Of a DNA stretch of 64,000 bases, positions 18,923 through 27,495 are shown in pieces. The first letter of the stretch is position 1. Every line of letters starts with the position of its first letter. Source of the DNA: Candidatus Woesearchaeota archaeon (GTDB taxonomy: Archaea > Nanobdellota > Nanobdellia > Woesearchaeales > ARS49); assembly GCA_019322895.1 (NCBI GenBank), contig JAHWHZ010000001.1, forward strand, positions 459,528 to 523,527, written 5' to 3'. Both the position numbers and the translations under genes were made by a program. Below the pieces are notes generated by a model that was given only the letters and a program-made list of their open reading frames with translations, was not told the DNA's origin and did not search any database.

Positions 18923-20446
18923 ATGGACTTGAAAAAACTAGCTGAGACGTTGCATCCTTTGGAAAGGAAGGTTTTGCCGGTTCTTAATAAATTCAAGACC
19001 CTTCCTCAGATTGTTTCTGCAACAGGATTAAAGGAAATAGAAGTCATGCGCGCATTGCAATGGCTGCAGAACAAGAAAGTAATCAAGATTGATACAGAAT
19101 TAAAGGAAGTAGTCAACCTTGACAAGAATGGCGAAAAATATCTGAAAGAAACACTTCCTGAAAGGCGTTTTATAGAAGTTTTAAAAGATAAGGAGATGAC
19201 AATCACCCGGCTTGAAAAGAGCAGCAAGCTGGCAAAGAACGAACTCAATACCTGCCTCGGCGCTTTAAGAAAAAAAGCGATGATTCTCATAATCAAGAAC
19301 AAGGAGCTGAGAGTAAAGCTGACAGACCAGGGAAAAAAATACCTGAAAAAAGAGTTTCCTGAAGAAATATTTTTGAAAAAGCCTTTTCCTGTTGAAATAA
19401 AAAAACTTGCTCCTGAAGACAAGTTTGCGCTGGACAACCTAAAGAAAAGAAAGAACATAGTGAAGGTTGAGCTTCAAAAAATCAAGAAAGTTGAGCTGCT
19501 GAAGCCAGGCCAGCAGTTGATTGATATGGGCATTAGCGATGAGAAAGTCATTGATACACTCACACCGCAGATGCTGCGCACAGGCGCATGGCGTGACAAG
19601 ACTTTTCGCAGGTATGATGTGCAAATTAATGTTCCTAAGATTTATTGCGGAAAAAAGCAGAACTATAGGCGTTTTCTTGATAATGTCCGCGAGAAATTCA
19701 TTGAACTGGGCTTTAAGGAGATGACAGGCCCTCTTGTTGAGTCAGAGTTCTGGGACATGGATGCTTTGTACATGCCGCAGTTTCATTCCGCAAGAGCAAT
19801 CCATGATGCATATTATGTTGAATCAAGAAAGCCTGCAAAGCTTGATGAATCCTTGGTCAAGAAAGTCAAGTCAGCCCATGAAAATGGCGGCAAGACAGGA
19901 AGCATAGGCTGGCAGTATGATTTTGATGTGAAAAGAACGCATAACCTGTTATTAAGGACGCAGGGAACAGCGTGTTCTGCGCGGATGCTTGCTTCAAAAG
20001 ACTTGAAGATTCCTGGAAAGTATTTTGGCATTGCGCGATGCTTCAGGCCAGATGTTGTTGATGCAACCCATGCAGTTGATTTTTATCAGACAGAAGGCAT
20101 TATCATTGAAGAGGGACTTAACATGAGGCATCTTTTTGCCCTGCTGAAGATGTTTGCAGAGGAATTTGCAGGCGCAGAAGAAGTAAAGCTTGTTCCTGGA
20201 TATTTTCCTTTTACAGAACCGAGTGTTGAATTGTTTGCAAAACATCCTGAAATGGGCTGGATAGAATTAGGCGGGGCAGGTATTTTCAGGCCAGAGGTTG
20301 TTGTGCCTTTGCTTGGAAAAAACATTCCGGTGCTTGCCTGGGGCATAGGCATTGACAGGATTGCCATGTTCAAGCTGGGAATAAAGGATATCAGAAAATT
20401 ATTTTCACACGATTTAGATTATTTGAGGAATGCAAAGGTGATTTAA
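18923..20446 (+). CDS. pheS: phenylalanyl-tRNA synthetase alpha subunit (archaeal)
   Basis: Class II motifs (FRPDVVDATHAVDFYQTEG, GAGIFRPEV) and an N-terminal wH repeat region. Confidence 0.85.
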   Translation: MDLKKLAETLHPLERKVLPVLNKFKTLPQIVSATGLKEIEVMRALQWLQNKKVIKIDTELKEVVNLDKNGEKYLKETLPERRFIEVLKDKEMTITRLEKSSKLAKNELNTCLGALRKKAMILIIKNKELRVKLTDQGKKYLKKEFPEEIFLKKPFPVEIKKLAPEDKFALDNLKKRKNIVKVELQKIKKVELLKPGQQLIDMGISDEKVIDTLTPQMLRTGAWRDKTFRRYDVQINVPKIYCGKKQNYRRFLDNVREKFIELGFKEMTGPLVESEFWDMDALYMPQFHSARAIHDAYYVESRKPAKLDESLVKKVKSAHENGGKTGSIGWQYDFDVKRTHNLLLRTQGTACSARMLASKDLKIPGKYFGIARCFRPDVVDATHAVDFYQTEGIIIEEGLNMRHLFALLKMFAEEFAGAEEVKLVPGYFPFTEPSVELFAKHPEMGWIELGGAGIFRPEVVVPLLGKNIPVLAWGIGIDRIAMFKLGIKDIRKLFSHDLDYLRNAKVI

Positions 20447-22095
20447 TGCCAACATGCACATTTTCATTAAAGGATTTGAACTCCCTGGTCAAAAAGACCT
20501 TGAAGAAGTCTGAGCTAAAAGATTTGCTGGCATATGCCAAGGCAGAGCTTGAGGATATTTCAGATGATGAGATGACTGTGCAGTTCAATGACACAAATCT
20601 TCCTTATCTCTGGTCTGTTGAAGGACTGGCCATCTTTTTGAGAGGTGTTGTAGGAAAAGAAAAAGGCATTCCAAAGATAAAGATTCATAAAAGTCCAGAA
20701 TATAAGGTGCAGGTTGATTCCTCTCTAAAGACAATAAGGCCTTATATTGCTGCTTTTGTTGCAAAAGGCAAAAAGATAAATGATCATTTCTTGAAGCAGC
20801 TTATCCAGATGCAAGAAAAATTCTGCGAAGCATATGGCAGGAGAAGAGAAAAGATTGCAATCGGCGTCTATCCTGCAAAGAAAATCACATTTCCTGTCTT
20901 TTACAAGGCTGTTCCGCCGAGGAGCGCGAGATTTGTTCCGCTGGACTTCATGAAAGAGCTGGATCTCGCGCAGATACTTGACCAGCATCCTACTGGAAAA
21001 GAGTATGCTTGGATTTTGAAGAATTGCAAGAAGTATCCTCTGCTGATTGATTACAAGAAAGAAGTGCTTAGCTTTCCTCCAATTATCAATTCAGAGACAA
21101 CAGGCAGGCTAAGCATGGAAGATGAAGAGGTTTTTTTCGAGGCAACTGGCACTGATCTGGATTCAGTGAATCTTGCTGCAAATATCTTTGCGCAGCTGTT
21201 CTTTGAAAGAGGATTTAATATTTCTTCTGTCAATATAGGATACGCCAGGAAGCCTACAACAACTCCTGATTTCAAGACAGAGGCAATGAAGATAAAGAAA
21301 GAGGATATCACAAATATCATCGGCATTGATTTCAAGGATTCTGAAATAAAGAAGCTGTTAGAGATGGCAAGATACGATTTTGCAAATTACAAGGTCACGG
21401 TTCCTGCTATCAGGCGTGATGTGATGCATCCTGTAGATATCATAGAGGATGTTGCCATAATGTACGGCTATGACAATATTGAGCCGCTTGATTTAAAAAC
21501 ATACACCCGGGGAGATACTTTTGATATCCAGCGCTTTATTGATACTGTTCGCGAGATAATGGTTGGAGAAGGTTATCAGGAGATTGCAAGCCCGATTCTT
21601 TCAAACAAGGAATTGCTGTTAAACAAGATGAATATAAAGGATTTTGGGTGTGTTGAGATAAAGAATTACACTTCATTGAACTATTCTGTCTTGCGTACAT
21701 GGCTCATTCCAGGGCTTATGGATGTATTGATGAGAAACAAGCACGTGGATTATCCTCAGAAGATGTTTGAGCAGGGAACAGTAACAGTCAATAAAGAAGG
21801 CAGTATCATGGATTATGAGAGGATTGCTGCCTTGTCCTGTCATGCAAGTGTTGATTATACTGAGATAAAGCAGGTTATTGATTACTTGTTCAAGATGCTT
21901 GGAATAGAATATGAGATTGAAGACGCTGAGCACAAGGCATTTATTTCAGGCAGAGTTGCAAGAATTTCTGTCAAGGGAAAGAAAGTTGCATTTATCGGAG
22001 AGATTAGTCCAATTGTATTGAACTCTTTTGGCGTGGATATGCCTGCAGCTGCTTTTGAGCTGAATCTCACAGAGTTATTTAATGCCTTGAAGTGA
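20446..22095 (+). CDS. pheT: phenylalanyl-tRNA synthetase beta subunit (archaeal)
   Basis: 549 aa with a B3/B4 and B5 layout. The start overlaps the pheS stop (ATGA-type coupling). Confidence 0.85.
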   Translation: MPTCTFSLKDLNSLVKKTLKKSELKDLLAYAKAELEDISDDEMTVQFNDTNLPYLWSVEGLAIFLRGVVGKEKGIPKIKIHKSPEYKVQVDSSLKTIRPYIAAFVAKGKKINDHFLKQLIQMQEKFCEAYGRRREKIAIGVYPAKKITFPVFYKAVPPRSARFVPLDFMKELDLAQILDQHPTGKEYAWILKNCKKYPLLIDYKKEVLSFPPIINSETTGRLSMEDEEVFFEATGTDLDSVNLAANIFAQLFFERGFNISSVNIGYARKPTTTPDFKTEAMKIKKEDITNIIGIDFKDSEIKKLLEMARYDFANYKVTVPAIRRDVMHPVDIIEDVAIMYGYDNIEPLDLKTYTRGDTFDIQRFIDTVREIMVGEGYQEIASPILSNKELLLNKMNIKDFGCVEIKNYTSLNYSVLRTWLIPGLMDVLMRNKHVDYPQKMFEQGTVTVNKEGSIMDYERIAALSCHASVDYTEIKQVIDYLFKMLGIEYEIEDAEHKAFISGRVARISVKGKKVAFIGEISPIVLNSFGVDMPAAAFELNLTELFNALK

Positions 22096-22500
22096 TTATT
22101 TCTTTTCTTCCTTTGTTTCAGCCTTTTTTGCAGTCTTTTTCTTTACAGCTTTTTTCTCTGTTTTTGCTGCTTTCTTGACTGATTTTTTCTCAGGCTCTGC
22201 AGCCGGCTTTGCCAGCTTGCTTCTTCTGAGTCTTCTTGGCCTTATTTTCTTTGCTTTTGGTTTTGTTTCCCTTGCTTCCAGGCCAATCTTCTTGAATGCA
22301 GCCTTGACATCAGCATGGCTTGCTTTTTTCTTGATGTCAATCTTTTCTTCTAAAGGCTCTAGATGTAGAACATTGCATTTTCTTCTTCTTGTCTCGCCGT
22401 CAATCATGACAAAAGTCTTATCAAGAACTTCAACAATAACACATTTTTTGCCAGAATCCCTTCCGGCAATCTTCACGCACAATCTTCCGGTTTCAATCAT
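22096..22500 (-). CDS. rpl14e: 50S ribosomal protein L14e with Lys/Ala-rich C-terminal extension
   Basis: KOW core MIETGRLCVKIAGRDSGKKCVIVEVLDKTFVMIDG. The start is set at the internal Met (22500). The tracker's 39-aa N-terminal extension is hydrophobic nonsense. Confidence 0.8.
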   Translation of the reverse strand: MIETGRLCVKIAGRDSGKKCVIVEVLDKTFVMIDGETRRRKCNVLHLEPLEEKIDIKKKASHADVKAAFKKIGLEARETKPKAKKIRPRRLRRSKLAKPAAEPEKKSVKKAAKTEKKAVKKKTAKKAETKEEKK

Positions 22501-22679
22501 TTTCTGCCTCCAAAACTTATTTTTGGAGACCAGCAGAATCTTTGATTCTGCGCTGCCTCCATTTCCAAGAGTAGCAGTCGCCTTAATAGCAAATTGCAGG
22601 CAAAACACCATCAGCATTTTTGCAATTTGCTATTTAGCGAATCTCACAAATGTTTAATACTTGCTGGGATTCGCTATAA

Positions 22680-22955
22680 CTACTTGGAGATTTTTCTTGT
22701 TTTTTCAACTATTTTCCTGCGAGCGCATCTGGTGCACAATACTCCGCCATATGCGCGCTCAGGCCTTTTCTTGGTCTTTGGCATATTCTTCATCTTTAGA
22801 GGAAGTTCTCTAGGCACACCTGCCAATACTTTCTTGCACTCAGCACATTTTGCTTTTGAAGGCTTTCGCCTCTTGTACTGGACTTTGGTATTTCCTCCAG
22901 GAGTCTTTACTTTGACTCTCCTGAATGTCCTTGATTTTTTTCTGCCTTCGACCAT
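22680..22955 (-). CDS. rpl34e: 50S ribosomal protein L34e
   Basis: MVEGRKKSRTFRRVKVKTPGG...CAECKK...CTRCARR (L34e Zn-ribbon). The start is set at 22955. The tracker's extension would cover a conserved intergenic repeat. Confidence 0.8.
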   Translation of the reverse strand: MVEGRKKSRTFRRVKVKTPGGNTKVQYKRRKPSKAKCAECKKVLAGVPRELPLKMKNMPKTKKRPERAYGGVLCTRCARRKIVEKTRKISK

Positions 22956-23014
22956 GCTCTTGAGAATTACTGGTTCATTTAAAAAGCTTTTGTATCTTTG
23001 TATGTTTAGCAATA

Positions 23015-23072
23015 TTTCCAATAGCGCCTTGCGAAGTCTTGTGGCATAAATGCGGAATAACATAAATCTGGA
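23015..23072. repeat. intergenic repeat element, copy B (core CCAATAgcGCCTTGCGAAGT...AATGCGGA...CATAAATCTGGAAT)
   Basis: Roughly 60-nt direct homology to 46237-46296. Shares the GCCTTGCGAAGT core with 29459-29476 and with the reverse complement of 52788-52805. Confidence 0.7.
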
Positions 23073-23178
23073 ATAAAAGCGATTAAAAAAGTAGATGTAG
23101 CGCGCTATTGGTTAGCACCTGGTGCAGTCTTTTTAAACATAAGGTTTATAAAGCCTCTGCATTGCTTTATTAACTAAA

Positions 23179-24321
23179 ATGAGAGTATATTTAGACAACG
23201 CAGCAACTACAAAAACAGCGCCTGAAGTAGTTGAGGCCATGCATCCTTATTTTACTGAAAAGTATGGCAATGCATCCAGCATACACTCTTTTGGAGAAGA
23301 AGCTAAAGAAGCATTGGAAAATGCAAGAGAACAGCTGGCTAAATATATTAATGCAGAGCCAGAAGAGATTATTTTCACAAGCGGCGGGACTGAAAGCGAT
23401 AACCTTGCTATTAAAGGAACTGCTTATGCCTTGAAAGACAAAGGAAAGCATATCATAACAAGCAAGTTTGAGCATCATGCTGTTTTAGAGACCTGTCAGG
23501 CCTTGGAAAAAGAAGGTTTTGAAGTTACATATATAGGCATAAGCAAGGACGGCTTTGTTGATATAGCTGCATTGAAGAATGCAATAAGGGATGACACAAT
23601 CCTTGCTACTATAATGCATGCTAATAATGAGATTGGAACAATACAAGACATTGAAAAAATCGGGGAAATCTGCAGGGAAAAAGGAATTATCTTTCACACA
23701 GATGCTGTCCAGTCATTAGGAAAAATTCCGATAGACGTAAAAAATATGCGCCTGGATCTTGCTTCTTTTTCAGCACACAAGCTTCATGGCCCAAAAGGCA
23801 TTGGTGCATTGTATGTCAGGAAAAAAGACAAGATAACAAAATTATTTTACGGCGGCGCACAGGAGTTCAATCTTCGCCCAGGGACAGAGAATGTTTCAGG
23901 TGCAGTTGGTTTTGCAAAAGCAATAGAGCTTATGTCTGAGCAGGATATCAAGAATATGACTGAATTTCAGGATTATTTGATTGATGCATTGCTGCAGATT
24001 CCAGAGGCCTGTCTTAATGGCTCTAGAGAAAAAAGGCTTTGCAATACTGTTAATGTTTCTTTTTCACATATTGAGGGGGAATCTGTATTGCTTGGCTTGG
24101 ATGACAAAGGTATTGCAGTCTCAACAGGTTCTGCATGCACTTCACAGAAGTTGGAGCCAAGCCATGTCTTGATTGCAATGGGCATTAAGCCAGAAGATGC
24201 GCACGGCAGCATAAGATTTTCATTGAGCAAATACACAACAAAAGAAGAATTAGATTATGCAATAAATGCAGTAAAAGCAGTTGTAGAAAACTTAAGAAAG
24301 ATTTCACCTTTAGGCAAATAA
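23179..24321 (+). CDS. iscS: cysteine desulfurase (IscS/NifS)
   Basis: 380 aa with the PLP-binding SAHKLHGPKG and active-site SSGSACTS loop. Confidence 0.85.
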   Translation: MRVYLDNAATTKTAPEVVEAMHPYFTEKYGNASSIHSFGEEAKEALENAREQLAKYINAEPEEIIFTSGGTESDNLAIKGTAYALKDKGKHIITSKFEHHAVLETCQALEKEGFEVTYIGISKDGFVDIAALKNAIRDDTILATIMHANNEIGTIQDIEKIGEICREKGIIFHTDAVQSLGKIPIDVKNMRLDLASFSAHKLHGPKGIGALYVRKKDKITKLFYGGAQEFNLRPGTENVSGAVGFAKAIELMSEQDIKNMTEFQDYLIDALLQIPEACLNGSREKRLCNTVNVSFSHIEGESVLLGLDDKGIAVSTGSACTSQKLEPSHVLIAMGIKPEDAHGSIRFSLSKYTTKEELDYAINAVKAVVENLRKISPLGK

Positions 24322-24322
24322 A

Positions 24323-24694
24323 ATGTATTCAGAAAAAGTGCTTAAGCATTTCAAGAAACCGCACAATGTAGGCAAGATTGAAGATGCTGACGGAATTGGA
24401 ACAGTAGGCAACAGGGCCTGCGGCGATGTCATGAAATTATACATCAAGGTAGAGGATAACAAGATTGTTGACATAAAGTTTGAGACAATGGGGTGTGCAG
24501 CTGCCATAAGTTCTTCTGATATGTTATGTGAAATGGCTAAGGGAAAAACTATCGAGGAGGCCTTAAAAATTACTAAAGACGATTTAATTAAGGAGTTAGA
24601 AGGATTGCCGCCAGTAAAAATTCATTGTTCCGTACTGGCTGTCGACGCATTACATGAAGCGATTAAAGAATACAAACAAAAACAAAAGAAATAA
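24323..24694 (+). CDS. iscU: Fe-S cluster scaffold IscU/NifU N-terminal domain
   Basis: 123 aa with three conserved Cys (GNRACGD, MGCAAAIS, KIHCSVLA). Confidence 0.85.
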   Translation: MYSEKVLKHFKKPHNVGKIEDADGIGTVGNRACGDVMKLYIKVEDNKIVDIKFETMGCAAAISSSDMLCEMAKGKTIEEALKITKDDLIKELEGLPPVKIHCSVLAVDALHEAIKEYKQKQKK

Positions 24695-24757
24695 TTTCTA
24701 CTAGCCACTGGACATTCTCTCGCAGTCTATTTAAAGACTAAATGCTCGAATATTATG

Positions 24758-24840
24758 AAAAGAGAATACGCAGAACTGCTAAATAATGTTTTTCGGTCTG
24801 CGACGCGAAAATCAATTACGCAGTTCTGCTCAGGCGTTCT
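24758..24840. repeat. long imperfect inverted repeat/hairpin upstream of the endonuclease gene
   Basis: AAAAGAGAATACGCAGAACTGC ... GCAGTTCTGCTCAGGCGTTCTCTTTT. Perfect 10-bp arms GCAGAACTGC/GCAGTTCTGC plus flanking AAAAGAGA/TCTCTTTT arms, with a loop of about 45 nt. Confidence 0.6.
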
Positions 24841-24915
24841 CTTTTCTCGAAAAAGTTGAGCTTTCCTATCAACTGCGGAAATCTCAACTACAAGATTGGG
24901 ATTTCGAGGTGTACT

Positions 24916-25785
24916 ATGGCTTTTAAAAAAGGAAACGTTCCTTGGAATAAAAATAAAAAAGGAGTTATGCCGATTCCTTGGAATAAAGGATTATCTAAAA
25001 ATAATTCTAAAATTGCTGAAATTTGTCAAAGAATCAGTCAAACTAAAAAATCACAATATCTGCATGGCGAACTTGTTGTTTGGAATAAAGGAAAAAATAA
25101 ATTTATTGATAAAAGATTAGCACAGCAAGGAAAAAAATCTTCTGAAACTAAGAAAAGAAGATACACAGCAGGTGACTTAGTTATTTGGAATAAAGGTAAG
25201 AAAAATGTACAAACTCCTTGGAATAAAGGCAGAGAAGGACTGCAAAAAGCATGGAATAAAGGATTAAATAAAGAAAATAATTCATTTATTCGTAAACAAG
25301 CAGAGTCTTTGAAAGGCAGCTGGGATGTAAAGTATGGAATACAGCATGCAGAGAAAAGAAAAGCAAAAGTTCGAGCGGCTCGTTTAAAGCAAACCTTTAA
25401 TAAAATCAGTAGCATAGAACTGACGACTAAAAAAATTCTTTTAAGTATAGGATGCAAAGAAAAACAAAGTATCAATAACTGCAAATCTTGGCTAGATTTT
25501 GCCTGTCAGCAATCTATTGAAGGAATTTGTGTGCCTGATTTCGTTTTTCCTCTGCAAAGTTTAATTATAAATTGTGATGGTGATTATTGGCATGGAAATC
25601 CTAAGCTCTTTAATGAATTAGATTACATTCAGAAAAAAACAAGAAAAAGAGATATTAGACAAAATGAACTACTTAAAGAAAAAGGCTGGCTTGTTCTGCG
25701 CTTCTGGGAACACTTCATTAAAGAAAACGAAGAAAGATACGCGAACGATTTAGCGAATATATTAGAGATACAATTAACTTTATAA
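24916..25785 (+). CDS. homing-endonuclease-like protein: six NUMOD3-type WNKG DNA-binding repeats fused to a Vsr/DUF559-type endonuclease domain
   Basis: Repeats VPWNKNKKG, IPWNKGLSK, VVWNKGKNK, VIWNKGKKN, TPWNKGREG, KAWNKGLNK. The C-terminus VPDFVFPLQSLIINCDGDYWHGN...RKRDIRQNELLKEKGWLVLRFWEHF matches the Vsr catalytic core. ATG 24916 has GAGGTG 4 nt upstream, and the tracker's TTG at 24856 is an alternative start. Confidence 0.6.
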   Translation: MAFKKGNVPWNKNKKGVMPIPWNKGLSKNNSKIAEICQRISQTKKSQYLHGELVVWNKGKNKFIDKRLAQQGKKSSETKKRRYTAGDLVIWNKGKKNVQTPWNKGREGLQKAWNKGLNKENNSFIRKQAESLKGSWDVKYGIQHAEKRKAKVRAARLKQTFNKISSIELTTKKILLSIGCKEKQSINNCKSWLDFACQQSIEGICVPDFVFPLQSLIINCDGDYWHGNPKLFNELDYIQKKTRKRDIRQNELLKEKGWLVLRFWEHFIKENEERYANDLANILEIQLTL

Positions 25786-25808
25786 ACTCGATTTCTTTTT
25801 CTAGCATT

Positions 25809-26654
25809 ATGATCATAATTCGCTTTGCTGAAATCGGCCTTAAAGGCAGGAACCGGGCTTTCTTTGAAAAAACTCTTGTGAATAACATAAAATCTTGCCT
25901 TGATGCTCATAAAATAATATACAAGAACATCAAAAGGCCCATGGGCAGGGTCTTGATTGCCACAGATGATTCTTGCAAATGCTTGGAATGTGTTTTTGGT
26001 ATTGCCTCTTTTTCAGATGCAGTCAATGCAGGCTTTAACATGGAGTCTGTAAAAAAAGAGGCTTTGAAATTAGCAAAAGATCTTACTCCGAAAAAATCTT
26101 TTAGGATAACCTGCCAAAGACTGGACAAGAGATTTCCCATGACTTCTCAGGAATTTGATGTAGAGCTTGGCGCTTTTATCCAGGAAAAGACAAATGCAAA
26201 AGTCAAGATGAAAGGGTTTGATTTGAATATCCGGGCAGAGATCATTGATAATTTTGTTTACTTGTTCACTGAGAAGATCAAAGGCCTTGGAGGCCTGCCA
26301 GTTGGTGTTGAAGGAAAAGTTATTGTTCTTCTTGAGAATGAAGCTTCCTTGCTTGCAGGATTGTTCATGATGAAGCGCGGATGCCATATAATTCCAGCAG
26401 CTTTTAAAGAGATGGATATCTCTTTGCTGCAGAAATATGCTTTTGGCACAAGGGTTGAACTGAAGATAATCAAAAATATTTCAGATATTGATGCATTGGC
26501 TAAAGAGCATAAGGCAAAAGCAGTGGCTGTCAGTGATTTATTGGACACGATGAAAGAATATGATATGAATACCAAGGTGTTCAGGCCTTTGATTGCTTAT
26601 GAACCTAAAGAGATTGCAGAGGAATTAAATGGTTTCAGACAAAGAGTTTGTTAA
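25809..26654 (+). CDS. ThiI-like THUMP-domain protein with degenerate PP-loop (predicted catalytically inactive tRNA-binding module)
   Basis: N-terminal ferredoxin-like plus THUMP. The region GKVIVLLENEASLLAGLFMMKRGCHII aligns to the ThiI [25 protein letters not shown], but SGGxDS is replaced by ENEAS. The protein is about 100 aa shorter than ThiI and has no rhodanese domain. Confidence 0.55.
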   Translation: MIIIRFAEIGLKGRNRAFFEKTLVNNIKSCLDAHKIIYKNIKRPMGRVLIATDDSCKCLECVFGIASFSDAVNAGFNMESVKKEALKLAKDLTPKKSFRITCQRLDKRFPMTSQEFDVELGAFIQEKTNAKVKMKGFDLNIRAEIIDNFVYLFTEKIKGLGGLPVGVEGKVIVLLENEASLLAGLFMMKRGCHIIPAAFKEMDISLLQKYAFGTRVELKIIKNISDIDALAKEHKAKAVAVSDLLDTMKEYDMNTKVFRPLIAYEPKEIAEELNGFRQRVC

Positions 26655-27495
26655 GAAGTTTGAGCAGAAAGTAAAAAATACAATAAAGAAATTCAAGCTG
26701 ATTAGTCCTAAGGACAAGATTCTTGTCGCGGTTTCAGGAGGAAAAGACAGCACAACTGTTTTGTATCTGTTAAATAAGTTTGGCTATGATATTGAGGCAG
26801 TGACAGTTGATGTTGGTGTGGGTGATTATTCTGAAGTTAATCTGAAAAATCTGAAGGCTTTTTGTGCAGAGAAAAATATCAAGCTGCATAAGCTGTCTTT
26901 TATAAAAAATTTTAATTGTTCTATTGATCAGATACAGCCCTTGCTGAAGAAAAAAGGAATTAATCTAAGATCCTGTGCTGTTTGCGGTGTTCTCAGAAGA
27001 TATTTAATCAACAAGTTTGTGAGAAAGGCCAAGGCAACAAAAGTTGCTACAGGCCACAATGCTTCTGATGAGGCTCAGGTTTACTTGATGAATGTTTTAA
27101 AGAACAAGCAGGAATTGAATTCACGATTAGGCCCTATGCCTGGCTTAATAAGAAGCAAATTGTTTGTTCCAAGAATAAAGCCATTGTATCTTATCACAGA
27201 AGATGATGTTGAGCGCTATTCAAAGATAATGAATTTTCCTGTCAAGTATGGAAGATGCCCCTGCGCTCATGATGCTTATAGGAATTATATCAGGAATTTC
27301 TTGAATGATTACAAGAAGACAAATCCAGATGTTCACTTGAATATTGTCAGGAATTTCTTGAAAGAATTGCCTGGATTAAAAAAAAGATTTGCAACAAAAA
27401 AAAAGCCGAATGTTTGTGCAAAGTGCGGAGAGCCTGCCAAAGAAAAGATATGCAGGACCTGCCAGATATTATCTCATCTTAAGAAATGCCTTTAA
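26629..27495 (+). CDS. TtuA/TtcA/NcsA-family PP-loop tRNA thiolase with C-terminal Zn ribbon
   Basis: PP-loop SGGKDS, Fe-S ligand candidates CAVCG and CPCAHD, C-terminal CAKCGEPAKEKICRTC. Overlaps the upstream THUMP gene by 26 nt. Confidence 0.65.
   Translation: MVSDKEFVKKFEQKVKNTIKKFKLISPKDKILVAVSGGKDSTTVLYLLNKFGYDIEAVTVDVGVGDYSEVNLKNLKAFCAEKNIKLHKLSFIKNFNCSIDQIQPLLKKKGINLRSCAVCGVLRRYLINKFVRKAKATKVATGHNASDEAQVYLMNVLKNKQELNSRLGPMPGLIRSKLFVPRIKPLYLITEDDVERYSKIMNFPVKYGRCPCAHDAYRNYIRNFLNDYKKTNPDVHLNIVRNFLKELPGLKKRFATKKKPNVCAKCGEPAKEKICRTCQILSHLKKCL

Noticed and set aside
22175-23049. Two plus-strand ORFs (160 and 151 aa) over the L14e/L34e region
   Set aside because: Antisense to two ribosomal protein genes with clear family signatures. 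No SD and no domain.
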